Shown here in pieces: positions 23,431 through 38,147 of a stretch of DNA of 64,000 nucleotides. The notes below the pieces were generated by a model that was given only the letters and a program-made list of their open reading frames with translations, was not told where the DNA came from and ran no database searches. Origin of the DNA: Paraphysomonas bandaiensis (Eukaryota > Protista > Chrysophyceae); NCBI GenBank assembly GCA_965644295.1, contig CBFFRP010000110.1, positions 98,787 through 162,786 on the forward strand. The letters run 5' to 3'. The stretch's first letter is position 1, and the number at the start of each line of letters is the position of its first letter. Both the position numbers and the translations under genes were made by a program.

Positions 23431-25897
23431 TCTTCTTAAAACCTGATAATAATAGCATTTATTCAACAGGTTTAACCTCTGCTAGTGTGATTTGAATGCT
23501 GTGTGTATAATAAGAGGCACACAATATCCTGATCCTGATAAGCATGACGTGACCCAAACCCTCAAAGCACTGGGTGTCACAGATCCTAATCATCTATTCA
23601 GCATCAGATGGCACTTAAACTCATCTGTAGTATTCTTGAAGTTGTTTCGAAATCCAGAATATGAAGATAGATTGCTTTTAAAAGTTGGCTTAATATTTTG
23701 TGGTTTCTACTATATAATTGCGTAATAATATAATATTATATTGAAATCACGTACATATTATTATTTATGACTGTCAATATTAGTTAACCCCACCTCGGAG
23801 TACTGTCTTTTTTATACTGGAAGGGATATATGAGGCTTACCCTGGTGGGCTACATTCAATATTAGGTGAGATTTTCATAAGTATTTTTACAGTAGATTTA
23901 TATGAAAAGTAAAAATATAATACAATATTTTAGTAAAATATATTTAAAATATATATAAGTTGAACTACAAAGTATTGACTTGTTGGTGAATCGTAAATAA
24001 TGATTAGAGATTACAGATGTAACATGTCGATACATTGCACTATATGTGTGTGGATATGCATGCATGGGATATGATATCCATTTATTCAAGATACGTCGTG
24101 CGTATGCAATAAGGAAACTACGGAAGTGAAGTTTATACTTCAACTATATAAATATAAAACAACTAAATTGTTCATAAATCTCAAGAGAGGCAAATGCAGC
24201 TATATATGAGAATATGATAATATATTATTTTAACCTATGATTCAAATTATAATTTGGCAAGAAGAATTTTTATTTTTATTAAAATTTCTTGAAATTTTTG
24301 ATTGGTAAGTTTCTGAATATAAAAAATAAGCTTAAATAATAAGCTCTCTAGTCATACGATACTCAATCTAGAATCTAGAATATATATATACGTTTCAATC
24401 GCTAGTGTCACACTCTATTTTAAGTTCATAAGTCAGGAAGAAGAATCGGAGGAAGGCTAGCTGACTATACAGGATAAATTCCGAAGTCTGCTGACTATAA
24501 TATATATTATTATGCGGCTCACGTTAGTTTCCCGTTTCCCGGAGAAATATCTCCAGTACTTATCCCCCAGAACACGTCCAATATGTACGAGTTCGAATTT
24601 GTTGAGGGTGACGAGCATATATTACTTTTACTTAAAATTATTTTATATAGCTTGTTGTGTGTGATTAGTTTTTTATTTTAAGCTTTATAATATAATATGT
24701 TGTAATATGTATAATGTTATCACCAATTATAAATTACTGATGTATGTCTAAATGCATGCATTTTGTGTCACGAACTTACCGTGTGCTATTTTTACAGGGT
24801 GTGATACGGACAAGATCACAACTCAGCACTTCGGAGTACTATGTGCGAATCACAAATATCCCGCTCCAGGAATTCTAAACGAGGTGCGTATTAGATGTGC
24901 CATCGTGATGTTGTACACATCATAATATGATAATAATATAGTGAGGTATGATGCTCTCTGTGTATTATTGTAATAACCAGCTATTGGGTTATTCTATACT
25001 ATGAGCTCTCTATTGTGTACATATGTGCTTATGCTTGTACATATTCCATGTTTGAAAGGGAAACATACGATTATTACGAGTATAGTCAAGCACCAGAATA
25101 GTCATACAGCATGAGGCCGCACTCACGCCTTAAAGAGTTTCTAAGCAACATAGAGTCCACCCTGTGAACCCAATATGCAGGGCGGGTCAACTGCTCTCAA
25201 TTATCCATCCTCTGAGCACTGTATACTCCTGCAGTACTTACCAAACATCAGAGTCTATCGGCAGCAAGCGTGCGAGATGTCATGCAAAAGAAGATGCTCT
25301 TCTATTTCGTGTGCGCATTTATACTCTACAGTTATGTGAGCATATGATAGTATATATCATGTAAGATATGTGCACTTGATGTCTATTAATCACACAGCCA
25401 GCTGCTATAATGCTACAATATAAGTGTCAGAAAAACTCCTACAATAGAGTTTTTATAGTAAAAACAGGGATTTTAATATAAATACTTCCACTTTTATGCT
25501 AAAAACCTATATCGCGATTTCCCATTCGCGGACCATTATATTGCTGTTATATCGCGAGTGCGCTGTACCTCACTTATCGTACAATATCCTGAGAATCATA
25601 TATTGGCTTTGAATATTTGAATTCGTATTTTCGAAAAATACAGTTTGTTACTACAATGTATTTATACGAGAGTGTTGATTTTGTACACAGTGGAGCAGAG
25701 CAGACTCTCTCTGTATCTGAGATGTGAGACGAGCCATTAAGACATCTGCTATCGCCTGTGGAGGTATGGAATAGCTACGGCTGCGGACATCACAGAGGAA
25801 GAAATATACAAGTAGTAGCTATCTTGTTTGTTTGTAGGACGGAAGTTATATAGTCTGTGGACTTTTTCGCACTTATTATAGTAATTGATATCAAACC

Positions 25898-28800
25898 ATG
25901 TCAGCACAGTCTAGGTCTAAATCCAGATATCAGAGCCAATTGCGCGGCAAGTCAAAGGGACCATCCAGCGCATCTATAGATCGTAGGGGTTGGGGACGAG
26001 TAAGCGGAGGAGGAAACTTTAAGCAACAAAAGGAAGGTGATGCTATTGATTCATCATTTGGGTTCGATAGATATACGGAGGTATTGATATTCATGAGATT
26101 CTGTGCAGTGTTTTACACTTTTCAGGGCAAAAGTCGGTTAGGTTGGCTACTAAATTATTTACCTACGGTAAGCAGCTTTAAAAGTTCCCATATGATACTC
26201 TAATTTCACCTGCCCGATGAACGTAATAGTCCATGCCGGACGAAACTGGTAGAGAGAGAAGTGGAATGGATTTATATTTCATTGACCGCAATGGAGAAAA
26301 TTTCAAGTCTACTGTGTTATTTGCACCTTATTTTTACGTGGATGTCAAGGACCAGAAGCATATCCCAGAATTGTTGCAACATTTGCAAAAGCGATATGAA
26401 GGCTGCTATCTGGAGCAGTGTGACTTAGAAGACTTAGATATGGCCAATCACCTTTCGGGGAAAACCCACCGATTCTTGAAAATATCCTTTGGAACAGTAT
26501 CAGAATTAACTGAATGCAGATCGGAATTAAGGTGTTAGTACATTAATTAAAAATGCATTAACACTAAGATTATTTCAGGTCGGCAGTTGAAAAAAATTGT
26601 AAAGTAAATGCTGCCGATGTTGATGGAGAGTGGATATCTGGCCATATGAAAGACAAAAATATATCAGATCCTCTCGAATACATTGTAGACCTTCGTGAAT
26701 ATGATGTTCCATATCCAGTCAGATGTAGTATTGATTTGGATTTAAGGGTCGGTGCATGGTACATTGTAACACCTGAACAGGTAGAGCACGAGAGCAATAT
26801 TTGTGACGATGTTTATAATCCGAGTTGTAGGGGTCTGAGTCTTGCACCGTTGAAGCACAAAAAGACTTTTTAGAGCTTGGCGAGCCTAGGTACTATCCTG
26901 TTACGTTCGATAGAGATTGTACATTAATATCTGACGTTGTGAATTTGTATAAAGGATTCTAGCATTTGATATAGAGTGTGAGAAATCACCACTAAAGTTT
27001 CCTAATGCTGAGTCGGACAGAATATATATGATCTCTTACATGGTCAACAAACAGGGTTTTTTAATAGTTAACAGGTAGTGCGAATCAATTTAGTGTATGG
27101 TATTCGCGTGTTATGCTCGATTGTTCAGGGAAATTGTCTCGGAAGATATTAGTGACTTTGAATATACTCCACTCTCGAAGTACCCCGGCCCTTTCCATAT
27201 ATTTAATGTAGCTAGCGAGGAGATGCTGTTAAAGAAGTTCGTTTCTCATGTACAGGTTAGTTAGTTAACTTTTGCATATAAATATTGATAAAATGTAACA
27301 GGAGTTACGCCCACACGTGGTTGTGACATACAACGGAGATTTCTTTGACTGGCCATTTCTGGATTGTCGGTGCTCCTTGTATGGCATTTCTCTGTACAGA
27401 GAACTTGGCATTAAAGGAAGCGGTGGTATGGCGTTCTTTGTTTTGATATTTTATAGCATGTTAACGTTGTACATAGCCCGCTTAGTTAATGGAAAAATTG
27501 AAGCGTCGTCGGACGGGGAATACACCGGACGTTGCATGGTTCACCTGGATGCGTTTTGTTGGGTGAAACGAGACTCCTATTTACCGCAAGGAAATCAGGG
27601 TTTGAAGGCAGTCACAAGATGTAAACTAGGGTATGATCCTGTTGAAGTTGACCCAGAGGACATGCTCAAACTTGCTAAAGAGCGTCCGGATTATATGGCA
27701 TCTTATTCGGTGTCTGATGCTGTTGCTACGTATTATTTGTATACTACGTACGTACACAATTTTATCTTTAGCTTGAGCACCATTATTCCAATGGGTCCAG
27801 AGGATGTTCTGCGTAAGGGTTCCGGTACTTTATGTGAAGCATTGTTAATGGTTCAGGCGTTTAAAGGAAATATAGTTTGCCCAAACAAGCAAGTCGAGAG
27901 TCTGGAATCGTATTATAACGGGCATTTGCTGGATTCAGAGACATATATTGGTGGACACGTCGAGTGCTTAGAAGCTGGCATTTTCCGGGCTGATATATCA
28001 AATAAATTTAGTTTAGTTCCGTCAGCACTACAGACATTGATTGATCATATTGATAGAGATCTTACTTTTGCCCTGGAAGTCGAAAACGGTGTTCAACGTT
28101 CTGAAGTTAGCAATTATGATGAAGTGAAACAAGATATAATTATGTCACTCGAAATGCTTCGGGATTGCCCAGTTCGCGAAGAAATGCCAATGATATACCA
28201 CCTTGATGTTGGGGCTATGTATCCGAATATTATATTAACTAATCGGTTGCAGCCTAGTTCAATTGTTAGTCAAAATGATTGTGCGTCATGTGATTTTAAC
28301 CGAGCTGAGAACAATTGCAAACGAGACATGTCTTGGTCGTGGAGAGGAGATTTTAGTCCAGCATTGTTTTCTGATTACAACTCTGTAAAACGTCAACTAG
28401 CACATGAACGTATTGGGAATAAGTTCTACTCTGAGCTCTCTGATAAAGAGCAGATTAGCATAGCAAGAAGCAGGTTGAAGCAATACAGTCTAAAAGCTTA
28501 TAATAAAACTAAGATAACAAAGATTGAGGAGCGTGTGAATACGGTATGTATGCGTGAGAATAGTTTTTACGTGGATACAGTCCGCGCATTCCGAGATCGT
28601 CGATATGATTACAAATTACTGACAAAGAAATGGAAAGGAAAACGTATAGCCGCAGAAAAAAGTGGGGACGCTGTTGCCAAGAAGGCTGCTGAATCGAAAG
28701 AAGTACTCATGGATTCTTTGCAAGTGGCTCATAAATGCATTTTGAATTCGTTTTACGGTTATGTAATGCGAAAAGGAGCAAGATGGCGGTCAATGGAAAT

Positions 28801-31800
28801 GGCGGGAATAGTGACGCACACTGGAGCTGCGCTGATTACTCAGGCCAGAATTTTGGTGGAACAAGTTGGCAGACCACTAGAATTAGATACTGATGGTATA
28901 TGGTGTATACTGCCGTCATCTTTTCCTCAAGAATACAAGTTCATTAAGCGATCTGGTGGCTCCGTAAATATCGACTATCCGTGTGTGATGTTAAATGCTG
29001 ACGTTCATGATAGATACACGAATCATCAATATCAGGATCTTCAAAAGTCTAATATAAAAAAAGGTTTACCGAAATATACGACTCATTCAGAATGCTCGAT
29101 ATACTTCGAGCTGGATGGACCGTACAAAGCCATGGTGCTTCCAGCGTCACCTGAAGAAGGAAAACTATTGAAGAAGAAGTATGTAGTTTTTAACTTTGAT
29201 AACACTATTGCCGAGCTGAAGGGATTTGAGCTTAAGCGGCGGGGCGAGCTCGAGCTTGTTAAGATATTTCAGTCCCAAGTGTTCGATAAGTTTTTGTGTG
29301 GTTCTTCTCTTCAAGAGAGTTATGATGCCGTTGGAAAAGTTGGTAATCAGTGGCTTGATATCCTTGATTCGCGCGGTATAAATGTCGATGATGATGAATT
29401 ATTGGAACTTATTAGCGAGCGCAAAACTATATCGAAGACCCTGGACGATTATGAAGGGAGGAAAGCCACTTCACTCACAACTGCCGAGAGATTATCTGAC
29501 TTTCTTGGAGCTGAAATGGTAAAAGATAAAGGATTGAATTGCAACTTGATCATATCTCGACTTCCTGCTGGTGCCCCCGTAACTGACCGAGCTATTCCTG
29601 TTGCAATATTTTCCGCAGAACCTGGTGTCAAGACATACTATCTTCGCAAGTGGTTAAAGGATCCTTTTTTGGACTGCGATGACTTTAGAGATGTAGTAGA
29701 CTGGGATTATTATAAGGACCGCCTCGGTTAGTCAGCTATATAGTTGTTCCTATAACGCTTTAACAATAATGTAGGAAAAAGTATTCAAAAGATAATTACG
29801 ATACCTGCAGGAATGCAACGGATCGCAAACCCATGTCCTCGAGTTGAACATCCAGTATGGGTTAAGCGAATTTTACAGGAAAAATTTTCAGGCTTGAAAC
29901 AGGCCACGATTGCAGCAATGTTCAAGTCGAAAGGGGGTGCTTTGGGCTTGAAGCCAGTGAGCGTATTACACAATACTCCTGGTACAGTTGGATCTGGCAA
30001 TTACACGGGTATGCTTAAGGATTTTGTACTGACCGTTTAAATGCTTTATTCCAGAATTAAATGAATACGTTCCTGAAGGCGATCGTAGCATTGGTGATAT
30101 TGAAGACGCTGCATCGCTGGAAGTGCGCAAAGCACCTGGTAGAGCAACTGCACACCTGTTTAAGTCGAGGACGGCCGCTTCGAAGACTGGAAAGATAGTA
30201 TTGGGTGTAGATAATGCTGATGAGGAAAAAATGGACGTCGATGAGCCAAAAGTTCATCCTGTGATGGATATAATTCCACAAAGCACGACAGCGTTAAACG
30301 AATGGTTACTCTTACGGAAGCGTGAATGGAAATTATTGCGCGCGCAATCTAAGCAGAGTAAAACTGATAATCTCTATGGGTTTGGCAGGAGATACGAAAA
30401 CCAGGAAGTTGAAATTTCAAAAAGGCCAATGGGTATTGGAGATCTAATTAAGAATGCCTCTCTTGCAGTTGTTCATGGAGTATGGCAAATAGTCGAAATA
30501 CAAGAAATCGATACCCCAGGTGTATTCGCTATTTGGGCGTTCACTCGGGCCACGCAATTACAAAAATTATATATAAGTGTACCTAGAATTATATTTGTCA
30601 ATTGTCTGGGTGGAGAAGCTGAAAAGACTGCGAAAGAAAAGTTGGGCGGCCGTGTTGTTGGGAAAGAGCTTCCCCACGGAAGGCCTGTTCAGCAACTCTA
30701 TGAAATTCATCTTCCTGAGCACAAGTATATTCGTAATGAAAAAACCTTGAGTCAATTTCTCTGTGACCCTGACGTTGAGGGTGTATATGAAACTAAAACG
30801 CCATTGCTATTTCGTGCAATTTCTCGGCTGGGGTGCATTTCCAGTGTAGTCCACCAACCTCACACAGATTTGAATGAAGGCAGCTCTCCGAACAACCCGT
30901 TTAAAATAAAGGATTTGCAATTTTTGAATGTTTCGGCTAATAAATACATGGAACCAGAAAGTGCAGTGTTCAAAAATATGTTCTTGTACTTTTGCATGGA
31001 CTCCAATCGAAAGGAGATTGGTGCACTTGGTTTGTTCATAATTCCTGAGCCTCGCATCGCCCTATCAAGTGGTTCTGAAGCATTTACGGCCAAGGCGTAT
31101 ATATGGATATCTCAACCTCGAGGAGCAGTTAGTGATAAGCCCCCACTTCAAAGAATATTCAGAAGGTTTTGTCCTGACGAGCGTTGTTCATGCAAGTTCA
31201 CCAGCTACAATGTGTCATCCCCTTCTGAGGCTTTTTCATCCTGTAATGAAGTTTTAGCAGCGTATGTTAGAGAAAGAAAAGGCCCAACAGTTGTAGTATC
31301 GCAAGGTAATACCATTGGATGCAGACAACTTTGTATAATGTAATATAGGTATATATGATGCTCGTGGGTGGCGACGTCGTATGCCTCTACTGCACGAATT
31401 TCCTCTTGTAGCAATGCCTTCAAATTCGTAAGCTATATTGCTGTTAATGACACACATGCTTATGACAAATACTCGACCTTTAGGAAAGACGAAAACTTCC
31501 CGGCTATTTCTTGGCAAATGCGAATTTGCAATATAATGATCCAGAGATTTCTTCTATACCCGCAATGGTTAGATGACCGTATAAGCTGTGCGCGTTACGC
31601 ACATGTACCTGTGGGTAATAGCTATCGCCAACAACGTAGCGCATGGGAGTTAAATTGTTCTATGGTATAGGAAATCTTGGTAGAGACGTTAATATGACTA
31701 TGGGCGATGTGTTTTTTGCGCGACAACTTGAGGTATTAATACTATATTGCCAATTAGAACTTGGTAATGAGGTTTTTAGCACAATCGCCATCTTTTATGG

Positions 31801-34455
31801 GCTTCTCCTGGACATTTACCGGACCTAGGTGGCAGTGAGCATGACTTGCACAGGTGGTTTCTCGTATAATAGTACTGAAGAAATACTCATGTAAAGGGTT
31901 CGCAGCGTGTGGAGTGATTCTATTGACCAGCAAGTCATCTCTGAACCAGGAGCGTACAGAAGCATATGCGTTGAGCTTGAAGTAATGCAAAATTAATAAT
32001 TAAGCATCATGTGATGGTAGTTGCAGGTGATTGGCCTCGCTGTCGCTGCGATAATGGGCTCAGGAATGCTCGACGCTCAAGGCATTACAGCCATTTCAAC
32101 CGTACAATCATCAGGAGAAAGAAATTTTGATACATCGACGTCTTCTAATGACTCTGCATGCGCTCGTGCGTTTAAGTATGTCAAATACTCGGCCTTATAA
32201 TTACTAAACTTTGTTCGCAGTCTTCTTAAAGCCGCCGTAACCAAATGGATTCACGATCTCGAAGTCAAAGGTGAAATATATCTTTGATGGGCATCTTTAC
32301 CCTCATCCGTAAGTTTGTGTAGGGGACCTTCATGCACATTCTTTGCTCATGGGCCTCTATAGATACTTATGTGGGCGAGGGCAGTCATTGATGCACGATC
32401 CTCTGCTGTATCGGTGGGCATAACTTCTTTTCCATTTCACACTTTTTTGTGATATTTAAAAACAGCGTCGTGTACCTTCTAATGTCGAAGTTATTTTCGC
32501 GACTAATGGCCGAGTTTCGTCGTTTGGGGAGCCATGTGATATATGCCGACTTCTATCGAATTGTTATCGCGACGAATCGCTATGTAATTTTTTATATGAA
32601 TTACGTATGTTTATCTGATTATTTATATAGGATTATGATGCAGCGCTGGAATATATTGAATTTGTTATGGGTGCTATAATGGATCGTGATCTCTTCCGTT
32701 GCTTACAGGTTTTGTGTTGTTATTTCTACTGATGTTTACTGCTCAACAACATTAGGTGAATGTGAAGAAGGTTTGGGAGCAGCTCTTGTGGTTAGACTCT
32801 GCCAATTGGAGTGGCATATCTATTAGAAACGAGGAAGTAGGTGATGCTGATAGTGCAGTTCTACATAGAACTGATGATATTATCGACTCCGTGGAAGAAA
32901 ATTCTCTCATGCCTATTGATAACACTGAGTCGGCGGAGTATGACAGTGATAATTCCAACGATCAACTAATAAGAAAGAATGAATATGACTTCCTTGATGA
33001 AATTAATAATTCTACTGCTGTGCACAATGACGATGAGTTTTCAGTTTCGGAAATGGCTGAAGGCCAAGAAGATACTGCTGGGCCATTTCCAACCGAGAAA
33101 TATCTCAAAACAAGTTGTATTGAGGGGAGTTGGGATATAATGTCGTACCTACCAAGTGGAGCTGCAACTTTCCTTCGGCATGCTATAGGTGTGTGGTCCA
33201 TGTTGATGTCAAAGATAATTACAACTGTTTTCCTCTAAACCATAGATCAATTTTTACTTGTTTTTCGAGAACAATGGATTATGACAGTTGAGAGTAAAGA
33301 TGAATATAAATGTGGTGATATGTATCGTAAGGTAAACAACCTAATTTAATTGTTTACAAGTTTATATTTTTTGGAAGGGTAACACGTCATCAATTGATTA
33401 CCAAGACTGTCTGGATTCAGTTAATATGTATATGCAAAGTCTTATCCGTCATCGACTCGGGGCTCAACTCCTTCAGACTGTGGATGTTTTACTCCACCAA
33501 AATAGTGTCTCAAGAGGGTCTGATGGTGGTACGTACTCTTCTGCAATGTCTGGGGTCTTGTAATACGGATGTTACTCCAGGGTTTCAGAGTTCTATTGGT
33601 AGCAGCCATAATGTATGTCATTTTACTGTGCATTTCGTGGATAAATTGTGTTACAGGTAGCATTGAACTTTGTCAAATTTATCACTAAAATCTTGGCATT
33701 GGACACTGCACTTGTCGACGAGGTCGCCAGTTTACGGCGAACCCTTCTGACTCAGGTTTGGACATCTACCTTGTGATTATTTTTTAATTATAGTTTTCAG
33801 CTTAACATGAAAGAATTCAATTCACTAAGCGAGTTCGAAGACCCGTCGTCTTCATATGTACTCAGAGATATTGTATGCTCTTATTGCAATACCTGTAGGG
33901 ACATTGATCTTTTGCGAGACCCAGTTATCACAGGCAAGGAACGATTGAAGGATGCAAGCTTGGATACAGACTACATTGAGTCGAACGTTGCGGACGGAGA
34001 AGCTTATGGATTTAAGTCGAATTGGCAGTGCACTTGTTGTGGGAATATGTATAATGTCGTAGAAGTTGAACACAGACTAATTGAAGATGTTGAAGCTATG
34101 ACTGCAGCTTTTCTGCTTCAGGTAGTGTCTCTGAAGGAGTGTTTATTGTGGTAACTTTCGCTGTAGGACTTTCGGTGTTCGAAAACGCTATCTGTAAACA
34201 CAAAGCTGTGCTCATCCATGTCAGGTATGAGAGAATACGCCCATATATCTTTACTAATTAAACGCGCAGATCTTTGCGCTTCTCTCACCATGGACATTCC
34301 ACCCACGAAAATACGAGATGATCTTAACGTATTATTAAAGGTTGTATTTGTTCTTCTTGTGCGTAGACAATAATACTTTGCTGTAGGTTGCACAGGGTCA
34401 TAGGTTTGAATGGCTTGAAGACACAATTTTGACATATCTTTCTGTAAAAAATTAA
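25898..34455 (+). CDS. POLE: DNA polymerase epsilon catalytic subunit A (multi-exon)
   Basis: [29 protein letters not shown] (exonuclease), [75 protein letters not shown]-terminal Cys motifs. Stop TAA at 34453-34455. Confidence 0.98.
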
Positions 34456-35121
34456 TACAAGAGATAAACTTTGTTAGAATGTGCGGTCCTCATTATTAGC
34501 TTCGCACACCTACACAAATTCGTTGCCGTTTTTTCCCACGAACATGAATCATCGGTCTTGCAGAGACAGTATAGGTGTGGTACTTCTAGAATTTATTGAC
34601 ACAGGATTGAATATGTTCCGTAAAATACGAACTCCTACACTCCTACTGCTGTATAGAAAATGGAAGGTTTACCGAGTCATTGAGATGTGGGAAAAAGATG
34701 ATGACGTAGATGAGAATATTATATGACAAGCAGTAGCTCGAAGCCTTAGATAGGGTCTTACCGGACGCACACAAGGCAATAGTTATAAATTATACAGGAA
34801 TATAGGGAACAGATATTTCGATCATGAGAGATAGATATTAATCAACTGAACCATTAAACTTTTGTAGTAATCAATTGTTTTAAATTATAATCAATAGCAC
34901 TTATCATTCGTCGACATTAGCTAAATTTTACTTCTCACCAGTGCCAATCGATATTATCAGATCTTAGATAGACACGATCTTATACAGTCAATGACTACTG
35001 GACCTATCGCAATCGTGGGAATTTTACAATTTTGTGAGAAAATCTCGGAGATTTTACGGTATTTAAAATCCGAAAGTAAAACGAATCGATTTGAAATGCC
35101 CTTGAGACGGGCCCATTCCAA

Positions 35122-35425
35122 AATACCTGTATTTTCGTCAAGGCCCAAAGACATCTACACAAGTGACACCTCTTATTAGTTCCCTCTTGTACCATTAGGC
35201 TATGAGTGGGCAGAAAATTATCTGCTGACTATATATGCGGCTCACGTTAGTTTCCGGAGAAATATCTCTGGCACTTATCCCCCACAGAACACCACCAAAA
35301 GGGGCTCAAAGCAGCTTTCGTAGCGCCAAATACTTGGATATCAGAGTTAAGCACTAGTTAGTTTGTTTTACTACATTAGTTCTGACTCTTACAGGACCTA
35401 TTGCTAATAATTAGATATTCACTAC
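35122..35425. repeat. Repeat R2 (+) abutting repeat R1 (-)
   Basis: R2: CCCAAAGACATCTACACAAGTGACACCTCTTATTAGT...CCGGAGAAATATCTC. R1 rev: GATATCAGAGTTAAGCACTAG...AGTTCTGACTCTTACA. Confidence 0.75.
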
Positions 35426-35572
35426 CAACCTGCTGCTGAAGTATCACACAGCGCATGAACACAACTAGTCATATGCCAATGACTATCGTGATGCAGTCAG
35501 CAAATAGAACAAATAACACAACATTATTTACAATTTTCACCCCAAAACTAGTTTTGGTACAAACAAAACATA

Positions 35573-37269
35573 CTAATGATAGAAACTCATTCCAAACGTC
35601 GCCGATTTAATCTCAGCACCGTTAACTTTTTGGAAATCCTTCGGTTCATTCCATTGACTTTGACGAGAAACCTGATATAGAGTAAATGAATTGAACAACC
35701 CACATATATAAACATGTCTCACCACGTTGTAATAAAATATACCACGTCCTCGTTTATCATTGTATTGAACCCATTGCCCCCAAGGACTCCTCTTTTTGTA
35801 GCCGCTGCCAAGAATATCCACCACCCCATCCTAAAAATACAGATATTTACTATAAAATTAGCTTAGGCTTCGTGATCTCACCTGCGCATTTCTTTTCTTC
35901 TCCGCTTCTAGCCTGGCGGCTTCAATTTCGGCCTATTCAATAGTTAAGAGAAACTACATTGTGTAACCACGACAACTCGATGGTAACTCACCTGCTTTTC
36001 CTCTTCTTCCAGACGTTTGTGAAGTTGAATCGCAGCATCACCAGACAATAACGCAAATGCAGATCCTCGACGTTGAACTTTGAAATCCAAGAGCGCATGA
36101 ACCAGTTCCATGTTCTGCGCCTTGCACGCAACAGACAATGGACTCTTTTTTTTACGATTCTCCGAGTTCGGGTCGGCCCCCTTCTGCAAGAGCATTTTGG
36201 ACATCTCATTTCCATACTCATTCAACTCCGCGGACAACAGTAGTGCAGTGTTACCATCAGAGTCTGTTGCGTTGATATGAATGCCAGACTTCGTTAGAAG
36301 ATACTTCACAGTGAGGTCGTTTTCGAATTCTACAGCTAGCATTAGTGGTGTTCTCCCAGTGACAATGGTATCGTTAATATCTGCTCCAGCAGCAATAAGG
36401 CTCACACATATTGGGGTCCAGCCCCACATTGCAGCGTAGTGTAAGGGAGTGTACCCATGGAAGTCCTGCACAAACCAATCAGAAGGTAAGTGTACACGAG
36501 ATATACTCACCTTACGCTTTACATCGGCCCCGTAATGAATCAACGTGTCGACGATGGCCTCGCGCTGCTTCGGCCCTCCAGGTTTTACCCAATCAGAAAG
36601 TGTCTCAACGCCTTCCGGCTTCTCCGCAATGGGGTTGCAATTTTCATCTAAGCCATACGTTAGACCCATGTATGTACCTGTAGGAGGAGTAAATACTAGG
36701 AACAGCGGTGTCCTTTTTCGATCGTTGAGTACATCTATGTCCACTTCAATATCATCAAATTCAGAGTGATTTTTAGGATCTAATATGAATGCAATCATTG
36801 CTGAGTACCCTTCCTGGCACGCAATATGAAGAAGGGTGTTTCCACCCCATCGATCCTTATACTTTCTGCGACACGATCAACCTGGTGTAGAGACTCTCTT
36901 ATACAAGTTACCTAGTAATCGTCTTAAAGCTGCTGATGACCTGATTTCTTAATTCCCTCATACTGCCTTGAGCTACAGAACCGGCAATTTTTGATAACTC
37001 TATTTAGAAGAGTCAGCAAAATAACAACTACACATACACAACATACTCTCATCCCTTGCATTCTTAGTTACATTCTGCATTAATGCATCTTTCTCGGTTC
37101 TTATGGCATCAATTAGACCAGAGAAATCATCACCGTCATGTCTTAAAAATTTCGTGATATTATACGCAAGTGAATTGCGTCGCCGTGTGTCACGTGTCTC
37201 ATTGTTGGCAACAATGGTACTTGTGTCAACTTTCTTTGCACGGAACAATCCACTCGCAGAACTACCCAT
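35573..37269 (-). CDS. Ankyrin-repeat protein with putative N-myristoylation site and C-terminal WW domain
   Basis: MGSSASG start; ankyrin motifs GNTLLHIAC, GYTPLHYAA, GRTPLMLAV, GNTALLLSA; C-terminal GQWVQYNDKRGRGIFYYNVVSRQSQWNEP (WW). Confidence 0.85.
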
Positions 37270-37685
37270 CCCTATACTATACCTTTAATAAGCATACCAT
37301 TGCTACGCAAAGCTCTTCAGGTGACTACGATAGGCCCCAGTTCTTTCATATTTTCAACAGGATGCATCTGATGTCATGCTGGATGTGCGCATATCAGCGA
37401 GCGATCTGCTTATTTTCTTAATCGTTTTACTGTACAGAGAATACAGCAGGCTAGTCCTACAGTATGTTGAGAGACTGTACGACATATTCGACATATAGGA
37501 GGATGCATTTCCTTCCTACTGCTCCATATGTTGTAGAAATTCTGTACTCTGTATTTCTGTTCACGAGTTATTTCGTACACACATACCCTGTATATACTGT
37601 ATGTATATGGATACTGTGTGCAACACTTTTTATACATACAGTAAAATACGTAGAGGAGTATGTATATGAATGCATATATGTTCTG

Positions 37686-37689
<4 letters not shown>

Positions 37690-37719
<30 letters not shown>

Positions 37720-38000
37720 TGTATGTATGTATGTATGTATGTACATGTATGTATGTATGTATGTATGTATGTATGTATGTATGTATGTATGTATGTATGT
37801 ATGTATGTATGTATGTATGTATGTATGTATGTATGTATGTATGTATGTATGTATGTATGTATGTATGTATGTATGTATGTATGTATGTATGTATGTATGT
37901 ATGTACGTATGTATGTATGTATGTATGTATGTATGTATGTATGTATGTATGAATGCATATATGTTCTGTATGTATGTATGTATGTATGTATGTATGTATG
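37690..38000. repeat. (TATG)n microsatellite, about 310 bp
   Basis: Near-perfect tetranucleotide array with a few variants and a duplicated GAATGCATATATGTTCTGTAT unit. Confidence 0.98.
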
Positions 38001-38147
38001 CATGTATGATTGTATTTTTTTTTCTGACCGACCCTGTATGTACAGTATGCTGAACATGCAGTAAGGCGCATTATCATAATTTTATCATCCCAGAGCTAAT
38101 CATAATATTATTCTAGAGCTATTTCGCGATATCAGATTAATTTCAAA

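Noticed and set aside
37575-38040. Tc1/mariner-like ends (...ACCCTGTA) on either side of the microsatellite
   Set aside because: Both are in the same orientation, so they do not form a TIR pair.
37410-38077. Five overlapping ORFs of YIHT/MYVC repeats
   Set aside because: Translation artefacts of the (TATG)n microsatellite.
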